Shown here: piece by piece, positions 25,081-42,270 of the stretch
How the letters are laid out: each line of letters starts with the position of its first letter
Position numbering within the stretch: position 1 is the stretch's first letter
Origin: Dictyostelium discoideum
Lineage: Eukaryota
DNA: 64,000 nucleotides
Direction: 5' to 3'
Assembly (NCBI GenBank): GCA_000004695.1
Contig: CM000152.2
Coordinates: 5,280,001-5,344,000, forward strand
Program-made: the position numbers and the translations under genes
Notes under the pieces: generated by a model
The model's input: the letters and a program-made list of their open reading frames with translations, nothing else
The model's database searches: none
What the model was told of the DNA's origin: nothing

Positions 25081-28000
25081 TTAACAATTTTTGAAGAAAT
25101 TGAAGAAATAATTTTTATTAGTAAATTGGAAGATTTTAAAACATCAAATGAATTGGTAAAATGGTTTGAATTAATTTTTGAAATTAATGAAAAAGAAAAT
25201 ATAAAGATTAGATTGGACGACTCATTTTTCAAATCAAAGAAATTAACATTGGTAAAACTTTTCAAAGGTAATGCATCATTTGAGTTGGTGAATAAATTTA
25301 TTAGAATTACAAATTTAAATATTGAAAATTTAAATTCCTATCAAATTGGTGATAGTGAACCAATTCTTCATAGAGTTATAGAGAATATTGATTCAAATAA
25401 TTTAAATATCATATTGGATCAAATTAAATTCATAGTTAATATATTAAATGTTTCAGTTGATTTAAAATATAATGATGATACAGTTTTGGATTTATCAGTC
25501 CGTAGAAATCAATTTGAAGTTTTTAAATTATTACTTAGTTTGGGTGCTGGTAAAAATTGTAAATCTGAATTAATTATAAATTACTACCAATCATTTTCAC
25601 CTAATCAAAAAAGGGAATTCAAGCCATTTTTACAATATCTTTATAATACAAATCAAAGGGTAGCATTTAACATTTCTTTAAATACATTATTAAAACCATT
25701 GGATTCAACTACAACTATTAATAATAGTGATAATGGTAATAGTAGAGCAAATAATATTATATCAATTGTTCAAGGTGGTAAAAGAATATTAACCGATCAA
25801 CATTATAATTCATTATTTAGTAAAGATGGTAAACCAATTAAACCAGAAAATCAGAATGGTAAAAGACCAGTTCCATATATTCAAGATGAATATGGTAATT
25901 GTATATTTTTTAAGTTTGAACCACAATTTCCAAGTAACGAGATTGCTATTCATTCATTTTCCGAGTTTCTTGGATATGAACAATGTTCACCATGCTGTGT
26001 ATTGGCATCAATTAATGGTGAGCCAGTGTTGTTAATTCAAAAGGTATTGGGGATAGAATTAGTTGAGGTATTATATAAAAAACCTGAATTACTTAATCAA
26101 ATCGATCAGTTCAATCTTCATATGCAATTTATTATTTCAATGTTAATTAATGACGGTGATGGAAATTTAGCAAATTCATTTTTAGTTGAAACCAATTCAA
26201 GTGATCCAAAGAAAAAGTATAAATTACAAACTATCGATAGGGAACAAGCATTAATGCCACCTATAACCAAATCAATAAAATCATTAAAATCACAATTCAA
26301 TAAAACATTACAAGCTGAAGATGTATTATTATTATTTGATCAAATGAAAGATCCAATTGATAAAAAAGTTATTGAACATTTTAAAGGTTTAGATATTGAT
26401 GAAGTTTGTAAAAATTGGTTAGATTATTTAAAAAATTTTCATGAAGCTTCCATATCGCATTTTGAATCAAATAGAAAACAATTAAGAAAAACAAAGAAAA
26501 CAATGGTTGGAATTGCATTTGGAGGTGATATGATGAATAGACTATATTCCAAGTTGGCTCGTCTTCAATATTATTTACAATTAACAAGTGAAAATGAAAA
26601 TGGTCATATTCAAATTAAAAATCATATAGATTTGCTTGAAAAATTAGAACCAACCATTGCAAATAAAGTAAAATCAATAATTTTTAATGAATCATTAAAA
26701 CCAATCAATAAAAGATTTGAAAGATTAAGGTTAATAAATGAGACTGAACATAATAAAAACTCATTATCATCATCATCATCAAAAGATGATATTAAGGTAA
26801 AATTGGCGAGATCTATGAATCCTTCATCTCATTTATTAGAGTCTTTAGATATTCCAAATGCACACTTAATATATAAAGAAATATGGAAAGGTAAATATGG
26901 ACCAAAGAAAGCATTAGAACAATTTGAAAGGATGAAAATTAAATATTCAAATATTCAAAAAAAATTTGAAGCATTTGAAAGTGGTAATTTATCTGAAGTT
27001 TCAGATTTTCATTTAGAAAATTATTTAAGGTTAATAGATTTTAAAGAACTTTCAGAAGAACAACAGAATTTGATTTTCAATTCATTTTATCAAAGAGAGA
27101 TGAGGTTTTTCTCTATTAGGAATAGTTCTTTATTTTCTTTAAAATCAATCAGACAACCATTTAATTTTAATGGTCTCATAGAGATTGAATTTTTAAATTG
27201 CAGTAATTTGGATTACATTGGTGATAGTGGTTTCTCAATTGGCAAAAAGGCATTATCACTTCCATCTTTAAAGATTTTAACTTTAGTCAATTGTTCAAAT
27301 TTAACTATGGTTAGGATAGATTCACCACAACTTAATTCATTCACAGAGTATTCATGTTCCAAACTTGTTCAACTCAAAATAAAAGCACCAAATATTGAAA
27401 CTATAAAATTAAAGAAATCAATTACAAATTATAATATCTTATCAAGTTTTTCAAATCAGTTTAAATTTAATGTTCACTTATCTGTAGATAAAAAGGATGA
27501 TGAAGCTTATTTCACTTTTAGATTTACTAATCAACTTCAAATTGAAACAAACATTTTATCATTTAGATCTAATAGAGATAAACATTTTGAAAATAATAAA
27601 AATAAACCACTAGAAATTAGTATAATCTCTTCAATTGTTCAGAAATTAATAATTAATAATCAATCAATACCTCTTGGTACGATGGTTTCAAATGAATTAG
27701 AATCACTTGAATTAAATAATATTAAATCACCATTAGATATAGGCTCAATCCCATCATCAATAAAGGATTTATCCATTTATAATCCTTCAAATAGTATAGA
27801 ATCATTTAAACCAGGAATGATTCCAAATGGAGTTGAAACACTTCGTATTGATTGTAGTCAACCATTAGAAATTTATTCAATTCCTTCTAGTGTAAAGAGT
27901 TTACATCTCTTTAATTTAAATGTTTCATTGATTCCAAATTTAATTCCTTATGGCGTAGAGTTCTTGTACCTTTATAATTTTAAGAAAACTATAGAGATTG

Positions 28001-29508
28001 GATCCATTCCAAACTCTGTAAAGTATTTTACAATTCATAATGGTTTAAGTCAAGAATTAATACCTGGAATAATTCCAAATAGTGTTACCAATTTAGAGTT
28101 GTATGATATTGAAAATCCATTAATGGTAGGGTCCATCCCAAATTCTGTAACAACTTTAACAATACACAAAGGGTTTAGTCATAAATTAACGGCTGGAATT
28201 ATTCCTGATAGTGTTTTAAAACTTTGTTTAGATTCAATTATAGAGCCATTGGAATTAAATTCTATACCACATTCAGTGAAAGAATTAATTCTACATTCAG
28301 GATTTAATCAACCTTTAAATAATATTACCATTCCTTATGGTGTAGAAAATCTTCAATTACATAATACAGAAAAGCCATTAGAAATTGAATCGATCCCCAT
28401 AACTGTAAAGCATTTAACGATAAATGGATTTTATCATCCTCTAACTTTTCGTATAATTCCAAACTCTGTCGAATATCTTAGTTTATATGATTTTCAAAAA
28501 GATTTATATATACCAAATTCCATCAAGTCTTTAACATTAGCAGGTAGATTCAAAGAAAACTTTGTGGTTGGAACTATACCATCATCAGTTGAAATTTTAA
28601 AGATTCTTGATGATTTCAATCAAAGGTTATATTCAGGAATCATTCCAGATCATGTTAAATATCTTCATGTCCATAACATTATGTATCCATTAACAGTTGA
28701 TTCTTTCCCAAGATCTTTAAAAATTCTATCTATTCACCGCGGTTATAGTTTCCCATTGGAGCCAGGTACATTTCCCATTAATCTTGATTCCTTACATATA
28801 TATGACATTTCTTTTCCTTTGGTTAAAGGATCAATTCCAAACTCCACACTTCAATTAAAAGTATTCGATTTCAGACACCCTCTAACTGCAGGTATTATTC
28901 CAGAGGGCGTCGATAATATTGAACTTCATAATGTGAAAGGTCCTGTTAAGGTTGGATCAATTCCAAAATCAACTATTACCCTAAATTTAAACAATGGTTT
29001 CAATCATCCTTTAGTACCAGGTCTCATTCCTGATGGTGTTCGATACCTTTACATTAATGGTATAAAAAAAAAACTTCAAGTTGGATCAATACCAAAATCA
29101 GTTTTTCATTTAGCATTTTTAGATGACTTTAATCAAATATTGAAAGAAGGAATTATAGGTTCAGGAGTTGAATTTTTATTTTTTGGGAATTTAAAACAAA
29201 GATTAGAAATTAGATCTATCCCAAATTCAGTTAAAGGTTTGACATTAAAAAATGGGTTTAATCAAGTTTTATTACCAAAAATAATTCCAACAGAACTTGA
29301 AGTTCTATATTTGTATGAAGTTGGGAATCAAGTATTTCAATATGGATCAATACCTCACACACTCAAAGAAATTAAGATTTATAATGAATTTAATATACCA
29401 CTTAATCCTTGGATAGTACCTGATGGCATCAAAACTCTTACAATTCAAAATCCTTCTTTAAAAACTGAAAATATATCATGTAAAACCAAATTAATGGAAG
29501 AAGATTAA
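24535..29508 (+). CDS. FNIP-repeat-containing large protein (1657 aa). The C-terminal ~750 aa are tandem FNIP-type ~22-aa repeats (…GSIPNSVKxLxLxNGFNQPLxxGIIPxGVxxLxL…); the N-terminal ~900 aa are unassigned, with a possible ankyrin-like stretch and a possible atypical-kinase-like region, not established
   Basis: Repeated FNQ/FNH/FNIP…IP motif in about 30 units, typical of the Dictyostelium-specific FNIP repeat; literal FNIP near the C-terminus. Confidence 0.7.
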
Positions 29509-29985
29509 AAACAAAATCAAAAATTTATGGATAAACCAGATTATTTAAGTAGGAAAGGTATACAAGAATTAGAAATGCACCATATTCACCAAATCAAGAG
29601 TTTTTAAAAGATGGTAGATATCATTAAAGAAGATACTCATATACGCTGGCATTCCAACCAACATTTGAAAAATGATTACCAATCATTTTTCAAAAAGAAA
29701 AATTTGTATTGGTATTGGATTCTGGTCATTGCAATTTAGACTCTCCTCAACTAAAATTTCAACGACTTCAAGTTGCAAATAAATGTATAATAATAATAAA
29801 AAAAAAAAATGTATTTTCAATATTTAATTATTAAATATAAATAAATCTGTATCTTTATTAGTGTGTTTTTATTCTAAAATTAACTTTTTAAAAAAAAAAA
29901 AAAATAAATCCCACAGCTAAATTTTTACCTCTTTTTTCAAATAATCTAATTCTTTATTTCCAAAAAAAAAATTCTTATTATGATA

Positions 29986-34608
<4,623 letters not shown>

Positions 34609-34938
34609 TTATTGCATATTTTTTTTTTTTTTTTTTTTTTTTTGCATGAGTTGTGTGATGAACAAAAAAAAAAAAAAAAAATGGTTTTAGAAAAAAAAAA
34701 AGAAAATCTGTTAAAAAAAAAAAAAAATTAAAATAAAAATAAAAATAAAAATAAAAATAAAAATAAAAATAAAAATAAAAATAAAAATAAAATGAAAATA
34801 ATAAAAATATCTGAAAAAATAGATACTATCAAACAATTATTAAATTTAAATTATTTTGTTCAAAAATGAATAATTGATCATTAATTAATTTTTTTTTTTA
34901 TTTTTATTTTTTTTTTATTTATTTATTTATTTTTTTAT

Positions 34939-35904
34939 TTATTTATTTTTAATTGGATTTAATTTGGAGTCTACCATTTTTTTAATTTCATAGTCTTGAT
35001 CAATAAAACAAGGTAATTGAGATTTTTCAAAATTGATTGCTTTTTTAAACCATTCTTTACTTTGTTCTAAATCATTATTCATAATATAAATCAAAGAGAT
35101 AAAATAAGATAATTCAGGTACTTTATAAGTGAACTCTTCTTTTATACTTTTATCAATATATGATTTAAATATTTGAATGATACCATTACAATCAGATTCT
35201 GAAATTGAACCACAATAAAATCTATTTACACCTTTATAATATAAATATTTTAATGGATAATCAAGTTCACCATCGCCACTATTACATGATTCAATGATTG
35301 AATTAAAATGTAATTGTGCAGATTTTGGATCATTATTTAATCTAAAATTCATTGCACGATAAAAAATGAATTCTAATTCATTTGGGAACTGTTTAATTGA
35401 ATCATTAATGAATTGATTAAAATTTGAAATTGGTTTTCTAATTGTTAAACATAATAATACTAATCTTGCATTTTTAATATCGTCTTCATTAACTTTATTA
35501 TTATTATTATTATTATTATTGGTTGTTGAATTATCAATAAACTTAATTAAACTATTAATAATTAAATTCTCTTTTGTTAATGGTATTCTAATTGAATGAT
35601 ATTCTAATTTTAATGCTTCAATTAAAATTTTATTTGCTTGAGTTAATTTTTCAATGTTATTATCATTAATATAATTTTCAAATAAACTAAGGAATTGATT
35701 CTTTAAATCCAATGTTTTAATTAATCTATTAATTTGTTTCTTTGAACCTTTATTCAATCTTTTAATTGAATTATATTCATATTGTTTAATTTCAAAATCA
35801 TATCTATCATCATTTTGAATCTTTTCATTCATTCTTTTACTTTGAATCTCTTCAATTGATTCACTATTACCAATTGTTTTAAATGTTTTATTTAAATCTT
35901 TACC
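34939..35904 (-). CDS. Hypothetical protein gene, probable 3' exon (…MNEKIQNDDRYDFEIKQYEY… to the stop); likely exon 3 of a three-exon gene with the next two features
   Basis: The frame stays open upstream of the listed start back to ttacttacag|GT. A 113-bp A/T-rich gap to the next same-strand ORF looks like an intron. Junction phase not resolved. Confidence 0.4.
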   Translation of the reverse strand, partial: GKDLNKTFKTIGNSESIEEIQSKRMNEKIQNDDRYDFEIKQYEYNSIKRLNKGSKKQINRLIKTLDLKNQFLSLFENYINDNNIEKLTQANKILIEALKLEYHSIRIPLTKENLIINSLIKFIDNSTTNNNNNNNNKVNEDDIKNARLVLLCLTIRKPISNFNQFINDSIKQFPNELEFIFYRAMNFRLNNDPKSAQLHFNSIIESCNSGDGELDYPLKYLYYKGVNRFYCGSISESDCNGIIQIFKSYIDKSIKEEFTYKVPELSYFISLIYIMNNDLEQSKEWFKKAINFEKSQLPCFIDQDYEIKKMVDSKLNPIKNK

Positions 35905-36016
35905 TGTAAGTAAACAATATAATTTTTGACATTTTAAATTACCACTTTAATAATAATAATAATAAAATTAGTATATAATAATAATATATATTAAACTTAA
36001 TAAATTTGTACACTTA

Positions 36017-37232
36017 CACAGAAGAACCTTTTAAAAGCATTGGTAAAATTATAGTATCCAAGATTGGTTTTGGTATATTTCTATTTGGAAAACTAAACAT
36101 AAATGCTAAAGTTGTTAAATGAAAACAATTTGAATTAAATAATGTGAATTGCTTTGTAACTAAACCAAAATAATATAAAGCACAAACATTATCAGCATCA
36201 AGATAACCACAACCATTGAAATATCTATAACCAATCTCTAATAGTATATTTGTAAATGTTGAATAAAATCTCTTTTTTTCAATTTCATTATAAGTTTCTA
36301 ATGGTTTTAATAATGATCCATTATATAATAAATCCATTGATAATTTATAATTATAAACTTTATTTAAACTATCATTACCATCGTTTGTATTAATATTATT
36401 ATAATCACTTAATTTTAATGATAATTCGTAAATTTTATCAATATCATTACTATTAATAATTGATTGAAATTCTAATGGAATTGGATTACTTTTAACATAT
36501 TCAATTGCTTTTAATTCGAAATTATCCATTTCCTTTTCTTGTTTTTCTTTTTCTTTTTTTTCTTTTTCTTGTTTTAAAGATTTCTCTAAAATTGTTGATT
36601 GTAATTGTTTATATTTTTCATTGTTAATTGAATCATTTGTTGATAATAATAATATTGCAATTTCTAAATGATTTAATGCTAAATTATAAAATGAATTATT
36701 ATTTTTACAAAGTAAAAATGCAATTTCATAATAACATTCAGAATTGAATGGATCATATGATAATGAATACTTTAATTTGTCAAGTGATATTAAATCTTTG
36801 TATTCCAATGTAACGATTTCATTATCAATACTATTTTTCGATTCGGTTAATTCTTTATAAATTTCATAATCACATCTTGATGATCCTAAATATCCAAATG
36901 ATTTAATTTTAAATAATTTTGATTCATCACCATAATCACCACCATCATCATTATTATCATTATTATTATTATTATCAATATCGATATTTTTACATAAAAT
37001 TAATTTTGAATTATAATATTCTAATGATTCTTTGAATTTTCTATTTTTAAATAATTCATTTGATTCGTTTATTAATTTTTTTGTAAATTCTTGATTTTCA
37101 TCAAATTCTTTATTACCACCATTGATAATTTGTCTAACTCTTTCTTTTGTGAAATATCCTTTATTTGAATTATTTAAAATTTCAATATTTTCTAATAATA
37201 ATTTTTTAATATTTTCAAATGTATCTATTTTA
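36017..37232 (-). CDS. Hypothetical protein gene, middle exon (NKIDTFENIKKLLLENIEILNNSNKGYFTKERVRQ…LEYKDLISLDKLKYSLSYDP…ILPMLLKGSS)
   Basis: Open frame continuous from acceptor atatatag|ATAAAATAG (~37232) to …TCTGTGTAAGTG at ~36018-36020. The track ORF 36014..36808 starts at a TTG inside this exon. Confidence 0.45.
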
Positions 37233-37339
37233 TCTATATATATATATATGTTTTTTGAAAATTAAAATTTTATTAATTTATTTATAATTAATATATATAT
37301 CTTTTGGTAATTGAATGTGTATGATTAATTAAACTTACT

Positions 37340-37427
37340 ATTTCTATCAATTAATTTTATAATTTCAATTGCTTTATTTTCAATTATTAGTTGTTGAGCA
37401 GACGGTAATGTTGATTTATTTTTATTA

Positions 37428-37512
<85 letters not shown>

Positions 37513-37726
37513 TACTTAATAATAATTCAGAAGTTGAAGCAATTTGCCAAATACCATTTTTATTTATATTTTGAATTTGTGCTACCTCTAATTGTTTTAA
37601 GTATGATTTATTGGTAAATTGAGTTTTATTTCTATTTTTATAGGTATCCTTTAAAACGTGTGAACCTATATTGAGTAAACTTAATAATTGATAATCTTTA
37701 AAAATCTCTAATTCTTCAATATTCAT
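37340..37726 (-). CDS. Hypothetical protein gene, exon 1 (MNIEELEIFKDYQLLSLLNIGSHVLKDTYKNRNK…poly-N…AIEIIKLIDRN)
   Basis: Real ATG at 37726. Donor AGAAATA|GTAAGT at 37340, then a 100-bp A/T intron. Confidence 0.5.
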
Positions 37727-38370
37727 CCTCGTTGTATTTAATTATGTTTTTTTATGAAAAACGAACGAACGTGGTGGGGGAATTTTATGAAAATTAAATT
37801 TTATGTAAAAAGAAATTTTATTAAAAAATGAAAAGTTGGTGTAAAAATTTTTATTTTTTTATTTTTTTTATTTTTTTATTTTTTTTTTATTTTTTATTTT
37901 TTTATTTTTATTTGGGTTTATAACTTAACTATTAATTATCCATTTAAAAACTTTTTAATAAAAGAATAAGATTTCATTTAGTCAAAAAAGGAAAAATTAA
38001 AAAAAAAAAGTTAGAATAAATAAAAAAAAAAAAAAAGAGAAAAAAAAAAATTTAAAAATAAAAAAAAAAAGAGAAAAAAAAAAAAAAAAAATTTAATAAA
38101 GATAAAAACTAAAGTTTTATTTTATTTATTTGTGTCTTAATGTTGTATAATCAACATAAAACACCTTTACCCCAACCACATTGGAAGCATGTATTTCTTT
38201 AACATCTGAAATGTTGTAGTTTTCGGGGTATTCGTATTCTACAACTAAGTCAGATACTTCTTCTTTTAAATTTTTTTTTTTCTCTTTTTTTTTTTATTTA
38301 TTTTATAACTTTTTTTTTTTAATTTTTCCTTTTTTTTGACTACCAACTTTTCATTTTTTCATAAAATTTA

Positions 38371-38422
<52 letters not shown>

Positions 38423-38806
38423 ACACGATGGTCTTATGATTTTCACAATAATTTTTTTATGAAAAATAATATCAAAAATAAAAAAAATTAAATAATTGAT
38501 AGTTATATATTATTATAAACACATTTTTTATTTTTTTTTTTAAAAAGAAATTTTACAATTTTTACAATTTTTTTCAAAATCTAATTTAATAAATTGTTAA
38601 ATTAAATTACAATAAATGTGATAATTGATCGGTTTAATTAATTATTGTCAACTCTAAAATGAATAGGTATAAAGAATATTTCTGAATATATTATTTAAAA
38701 ATGTTTTTTAAAAAAAAAAAAAAAAAAAAAACTATAAATTAAAATTTTTTTTTTTTTTTTTTCATCAATTCAAATTAAAAATCATTAAATTGTATTAATT
38801 AATAAA

Positions 38807-39082
38807 ATGTCACTCTTTAGTAAGTAATTTTTAAAAATAATAAAAATAAAAAATTGACATTTAATTAATTTCTTTTTTTTTTTTTTTTTTATTTTAAAAA
38901 AAATAGAATCAATATCATCAATTTCAAAAGTTAACACTACATCTGCTAACAGTACCGTAACGTCATCCCAATTAAATAACCAATCATTTGGTGAAAACAA
39001 AATTTCTGCTGATCTTGTTACTGGTCTTGTCAGTGGATTATTATTTGGTCTTGCAAATGTAACACAAGGTTTGGGTCTTTAA
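38807..39082 (+). CDS. Small two-exon gene (exons 38807-38819 and 38907-39082) encoding a 62-aa hssA/B-like protein MSLFKSISSISKVNTTSANSTVTSSQLNNQSFGENKISADLVTGLVSGLLFGLANVTQGLGL
   Basis: ATG + 13 nt, donor GTAAGT, 87-bp A/T intron ending aaaatag, then ORF to taa. N-terminal SISSISKVN… and a Gly/Leu-rich C-terminal half resemble the Dictyostelium HssA/B (sigN) small-protein family, recalled from memory and not verified. Confidence 0.5.
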
Positions 39083-39204
39083 AAAAAAAAGAACAAAACT
39101 TTCACACCAATTTTTTAATTTATAAAAAAAAAATAAAAATGATATAGTTTAAATAACAATATATTTTTTTTCATTTTTATATTATTTTATTTTATTTTAT
39201 TTTA

Positions 39205-39235
<31 letters not shown>

Positions 39236-39633
39236 AATTATTTTTTCTTTTTTTTTTTTTTCTAATTATACTTAGTTTTATAAAAATTAAAAATCATATG
39301 ATTGTTCACAGACAGAATTGTTGTGATCGAAAGATTTGTGGGGAAAATTTTTTTAAAATCGTTGTAACCACTTTTTTAAACAAGTTTTTCCCATTATTTT
39401 TTTTTTTTTTATTTTTATTTTTTTTTACTAAATTTTTCAAAACAATCTACAAAATTAATTCTAATTCTTTACATATTTTTTTATTAATTAATTATTAATT
39501 ACATAGTAATTTAATTAAAAAATAAAATAAAAAAACATATAAAAGGAAATTGAAAAAAAAAAAAATTAAAGATATCAAACAAATAAAAACTTTAAAGTCA
39601 ATAAACCATAAAAATCAAAAAATCAAAACTAAA

Positions 39634-39904
39634 ATGTCTCTCTTTAGTAAATATCTTTAAAAAATTTAAAAAAAAAAATGATTAAATAGTTTATTTTATT
39701 AATTTTTTTTTTTAAAACAAAATAGAATCAATCTCATCAATTTCAAAAGTTAACACTACCTCTGCCAACAGTACTGTAACACCATCCAAATTAAATGATA
39801 ACCAATCATTTGGTGAAAATCAAGTTTCAACTGGTATTGTTAGTGGAATTGTCAGTGGATTATTATTTGATCTTGCAAATGTAACAAAAGGTTTAGGTCT
39901 TTAA
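39634..39904 (+). CDS. Tandem paralog of the preceding mini-gene (exons 39634-39646 and 39726-39904): MSLFKSISSISKVNTTSANSTVTPSKLNDNQSFGENQVSTGIVSGIVSGLLFDLANVTKGLGL
   Basis: Same exon/intron architecture (donor GTAAAT) and high nucleotide identity to the copy 830 bp upstream. Confidence 0.5.
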
Positions 39905-40047
39905 AAAAAAAATAATAATAAAACCAATATCATTCTTATTATCTTTTTTTTTAAAAAAAAAAAAAAACACTAAAATTAAAAAATAAATAAATAGAATCCC
40001 TTTAGAAACATTCTATATATAAATTATTTATATTATTATTTTTATTA

Positions 40048-40660
40048 TTATTTTCCAGATATTAATGGTGATGAAATTGTGGGTGATAAAGAATCAGAAG
40101 ATGTTGGTGGTGTACCACTACTTGATGACGATGAATCTGATGATGATGGAAATTCTGTATTTGTATTTGATGATGAAGATGATTCAATATTATTATTACT
40201 ATTATTACTATCATTATTTTGCATATATCTTTTATTTGCAGCCAATAAAATTCTTTTTCTTCTTTCATCTTCATTTTCATTTGATATAATTGGAGAATTA
40301 GTATTACTACCACTAGCACTACTACTACTTGTATCATTATCAGAACCATAAAAATTTAACCTACTACTTCCATCTTTATTATAATTGTCATCTGGTATAT
40401 AAATTGGCTTTGGACCACTATCATCTGCTAATGAATGTCCTTTACCTGAAAATGGTATTGTTGTACTACTACTACTATTATTACTACTTTTACCTTTACT
40501 ATCTACACTATTTGATGCTGATTCTTGTGGTATAAATCCAAATGATTTAGGTAAAAGACATGAAAAAAAGGTTCCTATAAATGCTAATCTATTTATATAA
40601 TTTGGAATTTCTCTATTTAATAATCTCTTTATTAATTCATTTGAGAATGTATTACAATTT
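40048..40660 (-). CDS. PPPDE/DeSI-family (DUF862) peptidase gene, exon 3 (…[26 protein letters not shown]… then a long Ser-rich tail)
   Basis: NCNTFSNE…IPSYI is the conserved catalytic-Cys region of PPPDE/DeSI proteins (human DeSI-1: [26 protein letters not shown]). Confidence 0.75.
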
Positions 40661-40765
40661 CTTTTTTTTTTTTAAATAAAATAAAATAAAATTTAATTAG
40701 AAGAGAAAAAAATGAAAATGAAAATAAAAATAAAAATAAAAATAAAAATAAAAATAATATTATAC

Positions 40766-41021
40766 TTTTTTAAAGGGTGGTAAGATTTACCAGGGAATTC
40801 TTCAGCAATATTATCAATTAATGATTGAATTTGTCTTTCTGATAATGTTACATCACCCATATATAATGATTCTCTAAATACAACACCTGTTGCTGTTTTT
40901 GGTTTTATTTCATATACACCACTAAAACTCCATTCATGTCCACTAAATCCAATTTCATTACCATTTATTTCAACTGCTGAATGAAATAATCCAACACCCA
41001 AACAATGTCCAAAATTATTTA
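40766..41021 (-). CDS. PPPDE/DeSI peptidase exon 2 (…NNFGHCLGVGLFHSAVEINGNEIGFSGHEWSFSGVYE…)
   Basis: Catalytic-His region (G.G.FHS.VEI.G.E..FG) of the PPPDE domain. Donor AAAAA|GTATAAT; acceptor ctttataaag|TAAATAATTTTGG. Confidence 0.7.
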
Positions 41022-41116
41022 CTTTATAAAGTTATTTTTTTTTATTTTTTTTATTATAATAAATTATTTGATTAGTCTCTATTTAACAGTAATAATAAAT
41101 TAAATAATAAACATAC

Positions 41117-41192
41117 TTGGATGTAAATCATATATATTTAAATAAACCTTTGTAATGTTTGGTCCTCTATTATTTATTGGTTTTAAATTCAT
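41117..41192 (-). CDS. PPPDE/DeSI peptidase exon 1 (MNLKPINNRGPNITKVYLNIYDLHP)
   Basis: The VYLNIYDL start is typical of the PPPDE domain. Donor CCAA|GTATGT. Confidence 0.6.
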
Positions 41193-41302
41193 TTTTTTAT
41201 ATTTCTCTACTTTTTAATTTAAATAAATACATATACATATAAACATTAACAATGTGGTTTTTTGTTTTTATTTTTCTTTTTTTATTTTTTTTTTTTTGGT
41301 GT

Positions 41303-41336
<34 letters not shown>

Positions 41337-41662
41337 GTGTGTAAATTGTCTTTTTTTTTTTTTAAATTATGATGGTTTTTTATTAATATTTGAAAAAGAT
41401 GACGATTAGAAAAAACGACTGTTTGAATATTTTCAAATAATCATAAATATCTTCATTTTTTTTTTTTTTTTACAATTTTTCCATATTTTCATTTTTTAAT
41501 AAAAAAAAATAGAAAATTGTTTGGTTTACAATCAAATTTTTTTATTTTAAAATTGTCTATTTTTTTTTTTTTTTGAATTTGGTAACTTAGAAGTATACTC
41601 AGAATTTAAATTTAATATTTAAAGCAGGTTAATTTTGGTAAATAATGAAAAATTTCAACTAA

Positions 41663-41734
41663 TCCTCATTGGTGTAGTCGGTAACACTCTAGTCTCTCAC
41701 ACTGGTACCCCGGGTTCGATTCCCGGATGGGGAG
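41663..41734 (+). tRNA. tRNA-Glu (anticodon CUC), 72 nt, followed by a T8 Pol III terminator
   Basis: Folds by inspection: acceptor TCCTCAT/ATGGGGA; anticodon stem CTAGT/ACTGG with loop CTCTCAC; T-arm CCCGG-GTTCGATT-CCCGG; discriminator G; then cttttttttt. Confidence 0.85.
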
Positions 41735-41765
41735 CTTTTTTTTATCAAAAAAATTTTAGATTACA

Positions 41766-41776
41766 GGTTCGACTCC
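41766..41776 (+). promoter_or_regulatory. External B box (ex-B, GGTTCGACTCC) 31 bp downstream of tRNA-Glu
   Basis: Exact B-box consensus outside the tRNA, a known feature of many Dictyostelium tRNA genes. Confidence 0.7.
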
Positions 41777-41789
41777 TTCATTAATTATC

Positions 41790-42270
41790 CCAAAGGTTGT
41801 GAGAATTCAAATTAAAAATTAAGGAATATTACTCTACATTAAAGACCCACATATACCCAAAACAGAATTTCAAAAAGATCTATTCTTAAGAGGATATAGC
41901 TACAATCAACTATTCCCAAACATATTGAAGATAAGAAATCCGAACAAATTATTTTAATAATTTTAATATTACAAATATTAGAGAATCTTCATTAACTTTT
42001 AATTCAATTATTAATAATAATACCAATTCAATAATTTTAAATCCATTATGTAATACAAATATGATTAATGATCCATATGGCCATCTATTCTTTGATTGTC
42101 TTAAAACAAAATCATATATTAATGCATCCAAACTTAAAGAATTCATCTTCAAATCAACAGGAGGAAAAAATAATTGGTTACACGAAAGAACTACCAAAAA
42201 CAACAAAACAATAAACAAAATCACACCTATTACCTTCCAACAATAATTAAAAAAAAAAAAAAAAAAAAAA
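41790..42270 (+). mobile_element. Candidate 5'-truncated non-LTR retroelement fragment (TRE3-like?) starting about 55 bp downstream of tRNA-Glu and ending in a 24-nt oligo(A)
   Basis: Non-AT-homopolymer sequence with a short ORF (42061-42246) running into a poly(A) tail at 42247-42270. The position downstream of a tRNA gene matches the TRE3 targeting preference. No RT/EN motif is present in this short fragment. Confidence 0.3.

Noticed and set aside
29520-29790. Normal-composition segment after the FNIP gene with a 26-codon ATG ORF (MDKPDYLSRKGIQELEMHHIHQIKSF)
   Set aside because: Too short, no homology recognised, and no splice signals linking it to flanking genes. Possibly 3' UTR.
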